DNA from: Putridiphycobacter roseus
GTDB lineage: Bacteria > Bacteroidota > Bacteroidia > Flavobacteriales_D > Crocinitomicaceae
Direction of reading: 5' to 3'
DNA length: 64,000 nucleotides
NCBI RefSeq assembly: GCF_003234935.1
Contig: NZ_QKSB01000007.1
Span: forward strand, 100,272-164,271
Both the position numbers and the translations under genes were made by a program. A model generated the notes under the pieces. It did not search any database and was not told the origin of the DNA. It worked only from the letters and a program-made list of their open reading frames with translations. Of the stretch, positions 7,665-17,804 are shown piece by piece (position 1 is the first letter of the stretch; each line of letters starts with the position of its first letter).

Positions 7665-10571
7665 TTAAAAACGTCTTTTAAAGGGTATTTCCATAATCAC
7701 TTTTGTCCCAACAATTTTTTGATCAGAAATTACATCAGACAGTGTAACACTGACGTTTTTACCATATAAATCTTTCAAAATTTCAAATCGATTGATGATT
7801 GATTTAACGGAAAATGATTCATGATTTTTGTTTTGACGGTTTTTGATTTCCTGTGATTTTACCCTGCCAATTCCATTATCAATAATTTCGCATAATAGCT
7901 TTTCATTTGTTAAGCTAAAAACAATGGATAATACTTTGTCGCCCTTTTTGTGCAAAAGTCCGTGCTTTAAGGCATTTTCTACAAATGGTTGAATCAGCAT
8001 GGGCGGAATTTCTAAATCACTTATTCCGTTGACTTCAATAGTAAAGGAAAAATCCTTTTTAAACCTTAGCTCTTCTAATTCTAAATAAACAGTTAATACA
8101 TTTATCTCTTCTTCAATATCAATAAACTCTTTGTCGGAATGGTTCAATATTTTTCTCACCAGTAAGGCAAATTTACTAATGTAACCATAAGCATTTTCGC
8201 GGTCCTGTTTTAGAATTAAATCTTGGATTGAGTTTAAAGAATTAAAAATGAAGTGAGGATTCATTTGTGACTTTAAAGCGGTTAATTGGGTTAAGTTGAG
8301 CTGGTTTTCTAATAGTGCTTTTTTTTGTAGTCTTTTAATTTGAATCTTGTACACCAGATACGTAGCGATTAAAAACAAAGAGATAACCAGTGCGTAAAAC
8401 CACCAACGTTCCCAATAAGGTTTTTTAATAGTGAAAGAATAATAAATGGTTTCACTTTCGTTCAATTTATGAACTGATTTGACTTTAAAGGTATATTTAT
8501 TCGGCGGAAGAGATTTGTACTCAAATATGTGGTCTTTATGCGAACTTATAATCCAGGTTTTATCGATTCCTTCTAGCTGATGGTGGTAATAAATGTCATT
8601 TTGATATTTTAAACTTTTAGAATCTATTTCGAAGGCAAATTTTTTCTGATTGTGTTCGAAATTATGACGGCTAGTGTCAACTTTTTCTTCATTAACCAAT
8701 ACCTTTCCAATAGCAATGGAAGGCTGGAACGGGACATTAATAATTTTATCGAGTTTTATTTTTTGAAGCCCTTTGTGAGTCAAAATCCACAAATGGCCAT
8801 CATACATTTCAAAGTTGAGAATAAGATTACTTAGTAGTCCGTTTGATTTATTAATGGATGTTAGCACTTTTCCTTTTTTATCTGTTATATTCAATCCGAT
8901 ATTAGTTGAAATGAACAATTTATTATCATAAGTTTTAATTAACGTTATACGGTCAGATATAAGTCCTGTTTTCTTATTCCAATGGTCTATAAGAAGGTCG
9001 TTTTCAAAAACGAGAACTCCTTCTCGTGATGCTATATAAATTCTGTTATCAATGTTTAATATATCTCTACATGCTAATTTTTCTCCGTTAAGTTTAAAAA
9101 AATGGGAACTATCTTCATTGCCTATTTTTAAACCTGTATTAGTTACTGAATAGATAGATTTGGTTTTAGAATTATAACCTACAGATTGAGACCATTCTTT
9201 AAATGTGGAAATGGGGATTGGTTTCTTTCCATGGAAATGGTCCTCATCCATTAGAAATAGGCCTGCACTTGTAGCAATAATATATTGTCCGTCATCTTTT
9301 CGACAAATACCTCGCATTGAACTTATATCTACGTAATGCTTTTGCCGAGTTAAAAGGTTAAATAAGTTGTTTTTATTATCGTTAAAAATTATAGTGTTGT
9401 AGCGCGATAAAACAGCTAAAAATTCTATTTGCTGAGCACCTTTCTTTTTAATGTTTTTTATATTATTTAAGCTGTCTATTTCAAATATTTCACCCTTTTG
9501 AGTTCCAATAAAGAGAGTGCCATCTTCTGAAAATGTCAACTGAGAAATATTGCTAGATACTGATTTTAATTTTATTTCTAAGATGTCCAAATTTGGTATC
9601 ACAATTAAACCAGACCCAAAAGTCCCTAGAATAATATTGCCCTCATTGTCTTTCAAAAAGGCCGAAATAACTTGTGAATCGAATAGTGGTTCATAATTGT
9701 TTTTTGCATTCAATTTTTCATCAAACAAATAGATGCCACCGGATAAATTGGCCGCCCAAAAGTTAGTGTTATCCGAAAAATACCTTGTTTTTTGATTGAC
9801 ATACTTGAAGTCGGGCAGAGTTGACACCAAGTTGGAGGACATCACAGGGTTTATTCTGCTATTTTGGCCGCTGTTAATTGCCCCAGAACCCTGATTATAA
9901 ACTATTACAGAGTTTTTGTGTTTGACATGCTGCAGAAATGCAGGATGGATCGTATTTGTTTTTTCTTGCGTTAAAATGTCATTTTTTAGACGATAAACAT
10001 TTTTGTAGAAGCGGCTATAAAAAACTAAGCTGCTATCCATATTTCTGTAAACCTTAAAAAGGCGCTTTATTATTTTTCCATTATTTGATAAACCAACCAC
10101 ATCTTTGTCAATAATGTATTTGATTTTTTTATTATCTGATACTTGAAACACTTCTGTTGTCGAAATTATTAGCTTATTATTATTGTCGAATTCGTAATCG
10201 ATTTCTCGACTCATTAAACTATCTGGTACAGTAAAAAATAGCTTACAAGTATCGTTTTTCATTTGGAAAATTTGGCCGCTGAGATTACTACAATAAACGA
10301 TATGGTCATGGTCTTCAACAAAATTGAAAACTGCTCTAGTCTTCATTTCAGTAGTATTAAATAGTTGAAATTTGTACGTATCATATTTAAAAAGTCCGTA
10401 ATTTGATGCTATCCAATAATTTCCATTTTGATCTTGATGTAAGTCATAGATATTCATACCAGCCAGCTCATCTGCACCCAATATAAAGTGAGATGGCTGT
10501 TGAGCCAATGTATTAAGTGTTAAGCATAATAAAATGAGAAGGGTTGTTTTTATTTTATTCAAAATGATCAT
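7665..10571 (-). CDS. hybrid sensor histidine kinase: signal peptide, two-component-regulator propeller repeats + Y_Y_Y domain, TM helix, LytS/YehU-type His_kinase + HATPase
   Basis: 968 aa. Periplasmic repeats with NGNYWIA / LFI.T..GL motifs. YWERWWFYALVISLFLIATYL TM. Then QLTALKSQMNPHFIFNSLNSIQ (PF06580-type H-box) and a GHKL ATPase region. Confidence 0.9.
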   Translation of the reverse strand: MIILNKIKTTLLILLCLTLNTLAQQPSHFILGADELAGMNIYDLHQDQNGNYWIASNYGLFKYDTYKFQLFNTTEMKTRAVFNFVEDHDHIVYCSNLSGQIFQMKNDTCKLFFTVPDSLMSREIDYEFDNNNKLIISTTEVFQVSDNKKIKYIIDKDVVGLSNNGKIIKRLFKVYRNMDSSLVFYSRFYKNVYRLKNDILTQEKTNTIHPAFLQHVKHKNSVIVYNQGSGAINSGQNSRINPVMSSNLVSTLPDFKYVNQKTRYFSDNTNFWAANLSGGIYLFDEKLNAKNNYEPLFDSQVISAFLKDNEGNIILGTFGSGLIVIPNLDILEIKLKSVSSNISQLTFSEDGTLFIGTQKGEIFEIDSLNNIKNIKKKGAQQIEFLAVLSRYNTIIFNDNKNNLFNLLTRQKHYVDISSMRGICRKDDGQYIIATSAGLFLMDEDHFHGKKPIPISTFKEWSQSVGYNSKTKSIYSVTNTGLKIGNEDSSHFFKLNGEKLACRDILNIDNRIYIASREGVLVFENDLLIDHWNKKTGLISDRITLIKTYDNKLFISTNIGLNITDKKGKVLTSINKSNGLLSNLILNFEMYDGHLWILTHKGLQKIKLDKIINVPFQPSIAIGKVLVNEEKVDTSRHNFEHNQKKFAFEIDSKSLKYQNDIYYHHQLEGIDKTWIISSHKDHIFEYKSLPPNKYTFKVKSVHKLNESETIYYSFTIKKPYWERWWFYALVISLFLIATYLVYKIQIKRLQKKALLENQLNLTQLTALKSQMNPHFIFNSLNSIQDLILKQDRENAYGYISKFALLVRKILNHSDKEFIDIEEEINVLTVYLELEELRFKKDFSFTIEVNGISDLEIPPMLIQPFVENALKHGLLHKKGDKVLSIVFSLTNEKLLCEIIDNGIGRVKSQEIKNRQNKNHESFSVKSIINRFEILKDLYGKNVSVTLSDVISDQKIVGTKVIMEIPFKRRF

Positions 10572-10709
10572 TAATTTTAGCCTAAGATATTAATTAGTGT
10601 TTAGACTAGCATGAATAGTCCTTAATAAAGGAAGAGCTTGTTCACTAACAGTCGCTTTGGCTTTAGCAATGGCATTTCATTACTTGATAGGTGGTAATTG
10701 CAGCAGTGG

Positions 10710-13568
10710 TTAAAAACGTCTTTTAAAGGGTATTTCCATAGTGACCTTTGTACCAACAATTTTTTGATTAGAAATTACATCAGACAGTGTAACACTGACG
10801 TTTTTACCATATAAATCTTTCAAAATTTCAAATCGATTGAAGATTGATTTAACGGAAAATGATTCATGATTTTTGTTTTGACGGCTTTTGATTTCCTGTG
10901 ATTTTTCCCTGCCAATTCCATTATCAATAATTTCGCATAATAGCTTTTCATTTGTTAAGCTAAAAACAATGGATAATACTTTGTCGCCCTTTTTATGCAA
11001 AAGTCCGTGCTTTAAGGCATTTTCTACAAATGGTTGAATCAGCATGGGCGGAATTTCTAAATCACTTATTCCGTTGGCTTCAATAGTAAAGGAAAAATCC
11101 TTTTTAAACCTTAGCTCTTCTAATTCTAAATAAACAGTTAATACATTTATCTCTTCTTCAATATCAATAAACTCTTTGTCGGAATGGTTCAATATTTTTC
11201 TCACCAGTAAGGCAAATTTACTAATGTAGCCATAAGCATTTTCACGGTCTTGTTTTAGAATTAAATCTTGGATTGAGTTTAAGGAATTAAAAATGAAGTG
11301 AGGATTCATTTGTGACTTTAAAGCGGTTAATTGGGTAAGACTTAATTTGTTTTCTAAGAGTGTTTTTTTTCGTAGTCTTTTAATTTGGACTTTGTATACC
11401 ATATACGTCGCTATTAAAAACAAGGCGATAACCAATGCGTAAAACCACCAGCGTTCCCAATAAGGTTTTTTGATAGTGAATGAATAGTAAATTGTTTTAC
11501 TTTCATTCAATTTATGAATTGCTTTTACTTTAAAGGTATAATGATTTGGAGGTAATGATTTGTATTCAATTTTATTTTCTAAATAGGGACTTGAAACCCA
11601 ATCTATATCAATTCCTTCTAATTGATGTTCATACTTAATGTCATTCTGATATTTTAAACTTTTTGATGATATTTCGAAAATAAATTTTTTCTGACTATAA
11701 TCAAAAACATGAATAGTACTATCTATTAATTTTTCGTTGACTGATATTCTCGTAATTTTTATTGAAGGGTTAAAGTTGGCATTTCTAATTTTGTCTAGTC
11801 TTATTTTTTGAATTCCTTTGTTTGTTAATATCCATAAAAACCCATCTAATACTTCAAAATCAACAACATTATTTGAATTTAAACCATTGGCTTTATTAAT
11901 TGAATATAGCACTTTTCCATTTTTAGTTAAAACATTTAACCCAAGACTAGTAGATAGATAAATGTTACCTTTATATTCTTTAATAATTTTACAATTATTG
12001 GATAATAATCCAGTTTCGAAACTCCAATTATCTATTAAGGAGTCATTTTTAAAAACAAGTACGCCATTATCTTTAGTGGTGACAATTAAATTATTATCCA
12101 AGTTTAATATATTATGGGCTATGATTGATTTACCAAATAATTTGAAAAAGGTTGTATTGTCTTGACGCCCTATTTTTAATCCCATGGATGTGCCATTATA
12201 GATTGATTTTGTTTCAGGATTATATCCAATGCAATATGACCTTCCTGAAATAATGTGTTTGATTTTTATTTTATTTTTTGACCTGTTTATTAGTTGTTGT
12301 ACCTTAAATAAAGAAACCCCTTTATTTGTTGCAAATAAATAACTATTTGCATCTACTTTTGTCATGTCTTTTATTGACCCCACATTAATCAGTTTAATTA
12401 ATTCCGTTGGATCTAATTTCATAAAATTATAGTTTATTCCATTATATACAACACTATTGAGGTCAGGTAAATATTCGAGAAATTCAATTTGTTGATTTCC
12501 TTTTTCTTGCAATATTGTAATTTTCTTTTCTTTAGATAGTTTATAAATTTCTCCTTCTTGATTACCGAAAAATATACTACCATCTAGAGATGAGGTTAGT
12601 TTTGTTATTTTACTAGAAATATTTTCAAAAAAAATGTCTTGAATATCAAGATTTGGAATTATTATGATGCCACTCCCAAAAGTTCCTAAGAGGATATTGC
12701 CCTCTTTGTCCTTTATAAGAATAGAAATTATTTCATTTTCAAATAAAGGTTCGTAATTATTTTGTGCGCTTAAGTTTTCATCAAGTAAATAAATACCACC
12801 CGACAAATTTGAGACCCAAAAATTGGTATTATCTGAATAATATCTTGATAGATCATTGTGATATTTGAATTGTGGAAAATTTGATTTATAATTTGATGAT
12901 AGTTCTGGTAAAACTTCTCCAGTACTTTTTACATACGCAATTACACTTTCTCCATGTGTGGTAGTTTGTGGATAATCCAGTTCATTTATGGCAAGGTGTT
13001 TATCGAAAATAACACCATTTTTTAGCGTTAATAATTCTTGATTTTTAGCACTAAAATATACCAAATTGCTATCAATATCTTTGTAGATTTTAAATGCTGA
13101 AGTTATTTTCTTGTTGAATACCTTAGTTATTTCGTTGTTACTTGAAACTTGAAATAATTTATTGGTAGCTATAGTTAATTGATTTAAATTATCAAATTCA
13201 TAGGATATTTCATGTGTCATCATACTATCGGGTATCGTGAAATATAATCGACATGAATTTTCATTCATTTGAAATATTTGTCCACTTAAATTATGACAAT
13301 AAACATTATGATCATAGTCTTCAATAAAACTAAAGACTGAACTACTGGTCATTTCAGGACAGTTGATTTGTTGGATTTTATAACAATCATATTTATAAAT
13401 TCCATTATTAGTGGCAATCCAATAATTATTTTGATTGTCTTCATGAATATCATAAATGTTTATACCAGAAAACTCCTCTTCACCTAATATAAAATGAGAA
13501 GGTTGTTGGGCATAAGTGTAGCACGAGAGCAATAAGGAAAGGAAAAGAAGGAATTTTATTTTATTCAA
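10710..13568 (-). CDS. hybrid sensor histidine kinase, tandem paralog of 7665..10571 (propeller/Y_Y_Y sensor + LytS-type kinase)
   Basis: 952 aa with the same architecture. C-terminal ~245 aa are almost residue-for-residue identical to the neighbour, whereas the N-terminal sensor region is only moderately similar. Confidence 0.9.
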   Translation of the reverse strand: MNKIKFLLFLSLLLSCYTYAQQPSHFILGEEEFSGINIYDIHEDNQNNYWIATNNGIYKYDCYKIQQINCPEMTSSSVFSFIEDYDHNVYCHNLSGQIFQMNENSCRLYFTIPDSMMTHEISYEFDNLNQLTIATNKLFQVSSNNEITKVFNKKITSAFKIYKDIDSNLVYFSAKNQELLTLKNGVIFDKHLAINELDYPQTTTHGESVIAYVKSTGEVLPELSSNYKSNFPQFKYHNDLSRYYSDNTNFWVSNLSGGIYLLDENLSAQNNYEPLFENEIISILIKDKEGNILLGTFGSGIIIIPNLDIQDIFFENISSKITKLTSSLDGSIFFGNQEGEIYKLSKEKKITILQEKGNQQIEFLEYLPDLNSVVYNGINYNFMKLDPTELIKLINVGSIKDMTKVDANSYLFATNKGVSLFKVQQLINRSKNKIKIKHIISGRSYCIGYNPETKSIYNGTSMGLKIGRQDNTTFFKLFGKSIIAHNILNLDNNLIVTTKDNGVLVFKNDSLIDNWSFETGLLSNNCKIIKEYKGNIYLSTSLGLNVLTKNGKVLYSINKANGLNSNNVVDFEVLDGFLWILTNKGIQKIRLDKIRNANFNPSIKITRISVNEKLIDSTIHVFDYSQKKFIFEISSKSLKYQNDIKYEHQLEGIDIDWVSSPYLENKIEYKSLPPNHYTFKVKAIHKLNESKTIYYSFTIKKPYWERWWFYALVIALFLIATYMVYKVQIKRLRKKTLLENKLSLTQLTALKSQMNPHFIFNSLNSIQDLILKQDRENAYGYISKFALLVRKILNHSDKEFIDIEEEINVLTVYLELEELRFKKDFSFTIEANGISDLEIPPMLIQPFVENALKHGLLHKKGDKVLSIVFSLTNEKLLCEIIDNGIGREKSQEIKSRQNKNHESFSVKSIFNRFEILKDLYGKNVSVTLSDVISNQKIVGTKVTMEIPFKRRF

Positions 13569-13650
13569 AATAAACTTTTTCAGAAGGCTAATATATTAAT
13601 TAGAGTTTAGAATAATATGTTTACTTTTATTTTTTAATAATATCCGCAGC

Positions 13651-15108
13651 ATGATTCAGATTCAAAATTACATAAATGGCCAACTGGTAGCACCTAAGTC
13701 TAATAGTTATTTGGACAATATTGACCCTAGTAGGGGTAAGGTATATTCAAAAATTCCAGATTCTAAAAGTGAAGACATTAATGTTGCTACTGCAGCTGCA
13801 AAAGCGGCTTTTCCTTTATGGTCTAATATGCCAAAGGAACAACGTTCTGATATAATGCTTAAAGTGGCGCAACTTATTGAGGAGCGCATGGATGAATTTG
13901 TTGGTGCTGAATCGCTAGATAATGGTAAGCCTGAGAGTTTAGCACGTGCTGTTGATATTCCCAGGGCGGTTAGTAATTTTAAATTCTTTGCTACTGCAAT
14001 TTTACATTTTGCTTCCGAGTCGCATTATATGGAAGGCCTCGGTGTAAATTATACGGTTAGAAAACCAATTGGTGTGGTTGGCTGTATTTCTCCTTGGAAT
14101 TTACCTTTGTATTTATTTACTTGGAAAATAGCGCCAGCCTTAGCGGCTGGAAATTGTGTGGTTGCAAAACCCTCTGAAATTACGCCAATGACCGCCTTTT
14201 TATTGTCAAAAGTATGTGTAGATGCTGGAATGCCAGCCGGTGTTTTGAATATTGTTCACGGTTTAGGGCAAAACGTGGGAGATGCCATTACCAAACATCC
14301 CGACATTACAGCAATATCATTTACTGGTGGTACCCAAACAGGTAAAACAATTGCTGGAATAGCTGCACCAATGTTTAAAAAATTATCCTTAGAATTAGGC
14401 GGAAAAAACCCTAATATAATTTTTGCAGATTGCGATTTTAAGACTGCTTTGTCTACCACTTTGCGTTCAAGTTTTGCCAATCAAGGACAGATTTGCTTGT
14501 GCGGATCAAGGATATTTGTGGAACGTCCCATTTATGAAAAATTTAGAGATGCGTTTGTAGAAAAAGTAGCTAAAACAAAAGTTTCTTTTCCAACCGATCC
14601 AGAAGCAAAGTTAGGGGCTGTGGTTTCTAAACCGCACATGGAAAAAGTGCTTTCTTATATTGAATTAGCAAAAGAAGAAGGTGGAAAAGTATTGACCGGT
14701 GGAGTACAAGTACATTTAGATGGAGAATATAAGGATGGTTATTATTTAAGGCCTACTGTAATTGAAGGGCTAGATTATAAATGCAGAACAAATCAAGAAG
14801 AAATTTTTGGTCCTGTAGTGACCATTACACCATTTGATACGGAAGAAGAAGTATTAAAAATGGCTAATTCTACGATATATGGTTTGTCTGCTACTATTTG
14901 GACAGAAAACTTAACAAGAGCGCACCGTGTTGCAGATGAAGTACACGCGGGTATTGTATGGATAAATTCATGGTTAGTGCGTGATTTAAGAACACCTTTT
15001 GGTGGGGTTAAAGCTTCGGGTGTAGGAAGAGAAGGTGGGTTTGAAGCCCTTCACTTTTTTACAGAACCTAAAAATATATTTGTGAAATTAGGAGAAGGTT
15101 CGCACTAA
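13651..15108 (+). CDS. NAD(P)-dependent aldehyde dehydrogenase family protein
   Basis: 485 aa; ALDH motifs ELGGKNP and catalytic-Cys region QGQICLCGSRIFVE; typical ALDH length. Confidence 0.9.
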   Translation: MIQIQNYINGQLVAPKSNSYLDNIDPSRGKVYSKIPDSKSEDINVATAAAKAAFPLWSNMPKEQRSDIMLKVAQLIEERMDEFVGAESLDNGKPESLARAVDIPRAVSNFKFFATAILHFASESHYMEGLGVNYTVRKPIGVVGCISPWNLPLYLFTWKIAPALAAGNCVVAKPSEITPMTAFLLSKVCVDAGMPAGVLNIVHGLGQNVGDAITKHPDITAISFTGGTQTGKTIAGIAAPMFKKLSLELGGKNPNIIFADCDFKTALSTTLRSSFANQGQICLCGSRIFVERPIYEKFRDAFVEKVAKTKVSFPTDPEAKLGAVVSKPHMEKVLSYIELAKEEGGKVLTGGVQVHLDGEYKDGYYLRPTVIEGLDYKCRTNQEEIFGPVVTITPFDTEEEVLKMANSTIYGLSATIWTENLTRAHRVADEVHAGIVWINSWLVRDLRTPFGGVKASGVGREGGFEALHFFTEPKNIFVKLGEGSH

Positions 15109-15129
15109 ACTTAAAAGTGGATGGTAATT

Positions 15130-16326
15130 TTATATCAACTCACTTAATGCTGTGAATTGAAATTTGTATGCGGTCCCATTCTCAATTTTCCTTTCAAATG
15201 TACCATTCATTTGCTCTGTCAATGAAGAAATTAATTCTAAACCTAATGTGCCTGTTTTTGCACTTTTAACCCAGGTTCCATTGTCTGTATAATGAATGTG
15301 TAAATCATTTTCTAGTTCCCAAATTTTAACGCTTATGTTACCATTATTGGTGTGCTTCAAGCCGTGTATTATTGAATTTGATATTAATTCATTCAATAAT
15401 AAAGCCATAGGGACCAAGTTTTTAATGTTTATATTAATAATATCTGTTTCAATGTTATAGACGATTTTGTGTTTTAGTTCGTAGGAATGAATTAAATCCC
15501 TAATTAGTGATTCTATGTAGTTTTTCAGGTCAATTTTTGCGAGATCTGAAGATTGGTATATCTTTTCATGTATTAACGACATGGCCATCACTCGATTGAT
15601 GGATTCATTATAAGGTTTCTCCAAGCTTTCGTCATCCAAGTCCTGCAGCTGTAACCGCAACAAGCTAATAATTACTTGTAAATTATTCTTTACCCTATGG
15701 TGTACTTCCTTTAATAAAACAGTTTTTTCCTTATTTTTATCCTTTAAACTATTCGCTATTTGAATGTATTGTTTTTCAGCATTTTTATTCAATTTTATAA
15801 ATTGAAACATCATATAAGATATAAGAACAGTACATATGATGAAGTTTAAAGTTAAAGCTATTAAATCTTGTTGTTCTAAGGGTTTTAAGTTTTGAATATT
15901 GTCTTTTAAGACAAATAAAATATAAAATGAAACGCCTAAAATGTTCGCAAATAATAGGGTACTACCCCATATTTTTCCCAAGGTGAAATAAGTATATAAT
16001 ACTATTACCATAATCCACATGGTGTCCACAAAGTGATAAGCAGTTGAAAAGTAAATTAAGGTGTACTGACATAGTATGAGCCCAATAATGCTAAGCGCTT
16101 TAGCAGCAAATAAGTGGTTTTTTTTTATTTTTAAATTGACATAAACTAATGTACAAGCAAGAAAGCCAATAAGTGTTGGAAAAGCCGCAGGCTCATTTAG
16201 TAGGTATAGAAATACCGAAAGTATTGGTAATAATATAACTAATATGAGATTAAAATACAAGGTCAATCTAAATTGAGCTAGTAAATATGGGTTTGAATGT
16301 AAATCGTTTTTTATAGTCAAAGACAT
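15130..16326 (-). CDS. membrane sensor histidine kinase, HisKA_2-type (multi-TM N-domain + HHRVKNNLQ H-box + HATPase)
   Basis: 398 aa; ~6-8 predicted TM helices in the first 190 aa; EVHHRVKNNLQVIISLLRLQ is a HisKA_2 phospho-acceptor motif; C-terminal GHKL fold (GLGLELISSLTEQMNG); no adjacent response regulator. Confidence 0.8.
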   Translation of the reverse strand: MSLTIKNDLHSNPYLLAQFRLTLYFNLILVILLPILSVFLYLLNEPAAFPTLIGFLACTLVYVNLKIKKNHLFAAKALSIIGLILCQYTLIYFSTAYHFVDTMWIMVIVLYTYFTLGKIWGSTLLFANILGVSFYILFVLKDNIQNLKPLEQQDLIALTLNFIICTVLISYMMFQFIKLNKNAEKQYIQIANSLKDKNKEKTVLLKEVHHRVKNNLQVIISLLRLQLQDLDDESLEKPYNESINRVMAMSLIHEKIYQSSDLAKIDLKNYIESLIRDLIHSYELKHKIVYNIETDIININIKNLVPMALLLNELISNSIIHGLKHTNNGNISVKIWELENDLHIHYTDNGTWVKSAKTGTLGLELISSLTEQMNGTFERKIENGTAYKFQFTALSELI

Positions 16327-16561
16327 GCACGGACAATTAAGGTCGTCAAGTTAACTTAATTGTTAAATAAAAGGCCAATTTTTTGCAGTTCTTTTAATGC
16401 CTCGTCAACACAAATACTAAGAGGAAATAAAGCAGTCTTAATTCACTGTTTTTATATTCATTTTGTGGTCTGAATTTCTTGTTTTATTTGTCTTATTATA
16501 ATGGATAAGTAACTGTACAAGAAAAGTTTATTGGAAACATGAATGATTCGGCTAAAAAAAC

Positions 16562-17749
16562 TTAATCAAGTGCTTGAAATTGGAATTTATAGGTCGTACC
16601 ACCTGTGATTTTTCTTTCAAACTCTCCATTTAATTGTTCTGTCAATGAGGTAATAAGTTCTAATCCTAATGAACCAGAACGCGTATTTTTTATCCACCCA
16701 CCATTGTCCATATAATAAATGTGGATAATTTGGTCTTCTTCCCAAATCTTCACCTTTATTTCCCCTTGCTTTTTATCCTTAAAACCATGCATAATAGAGT
16801 TTGAAATTAACTCATTAAAAAGCAAGGCCATAGGGACTAATGATTTGATACTGACAGAAATTACTTTAGATTCAATTGCAAAGGTAATACTGGAATGAAC
16901 GGAATAGGAACTGATCAAGTCTTCTGTTAAGGTATGGATATAATTTTCTAAATCAATTTTTGCCAAATCAGAAGACTGATATATTTTTTCATGTATCAAA
17001 GACATAGCCATTACTCTGTTGATAGATTCATTGTATGGCTTTTCTAAATTTTCATCATTTAAATCATGAAGCTGTAATCTCAATAGACTGATAATAACCT
17101 GTAAATTATTTTTTACTCTATGATGTACTTCTTTTAACAGTACTGTTTTTTCTTTATTTTTTTCTTTTAAGGAGTTGGCAATTTCCCGATAATTATTTTC
17201 AGAATTTTTATTGAGTTTAATAAACTCCATCATCATATAAGTAATGAGTAATGCACAAATAATAAAGTTGATGGATATACCAATACGTGTAGAGATTCCA
17301 GTATGCGCCAGTTGGTTTAAATTATCTGTCATTAAAAATATTATGTACCAACACACCCCTATAATATTTAAAAATAATATAACCGTTCCCCAATTCTTTC
17401 CCAGGGTGAAATAGGTGAAAAATACAATTACCAGAATCCACATGGGATCTACAAAATGTATGATTTCAGGAAAAAACAATAGGGTGTATTGGCAAAGCAC
17501 AAGTCCCGTTATACTTAATAATTTTGCAGTAAGGAAATAATTTTTATTGACTTTTAAATTTATGTATACCAGTACAATAAATAAGAAGGCTGTAATGGTT
17601 GGTATTCCAGTTCTTTCATAAAAAAAGAATAGTATAACGGCAAGTAAGGGCAATAAATATAAAAGAACTACATTGAAAGAAGTGATTAGTTTAATTTGTG
17701 TTTTTTTATACAAATTAGAATATTCAACGGACTTAATCTTATCTTTCAT
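16562..17749 (-). CDS. membrane sensor histidine kinase, HisKA_2-type, tandem paralog of 15130..16326
   Basis: 395 aa with the same architecture; kinase core (KEKTVLLKEVHHRVKNNLQVIISLLRLQL...MAMSLIHEKIYQSSDLAKIDL) nearly identical in protein to the neighbour but with many synonymous DNA differences. Confidence 0.8.
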   Translation of the reverse strand: MKDKIKSVEYSNLYKKTQIKLITSFNVVLLYLLPLLAVILFFFYERTGIPTITAFLFIVLVYINLKVNKNYFLTAKLLSITGLVLCQYTLLFFPEIIHFVDPMWILVIVFFTYFTLGKNWGTVILFLNIIGVCWYIIFLMTDNLNQLAHTGISTRIGISINFIICALLITYMMMEFIKLNKNSENNYREIANSLKEKNKEKTVLLKEVHHRVKNNLQVIISLLRLQLHDLNDENLEKPYNESINRVMAMSLIHEKIYQSSDLAKIDLENYIHTLTEDLISSYSVHSSITFAIESKVISVSIKSLVPMALLFNELISNSIMHGFKDKKQGEIKVKIWEEDQIIHIYYMDNGGWIKNTRSGSLGLELITSLTEQLNGEFERKITGGTTYKFQFQALD

Positions 17750-17804
17750 CTACCTTAAAGATTTGATGCAATTTAACTTAAAAGATTTAGATAACCAATT
17801 AAGA

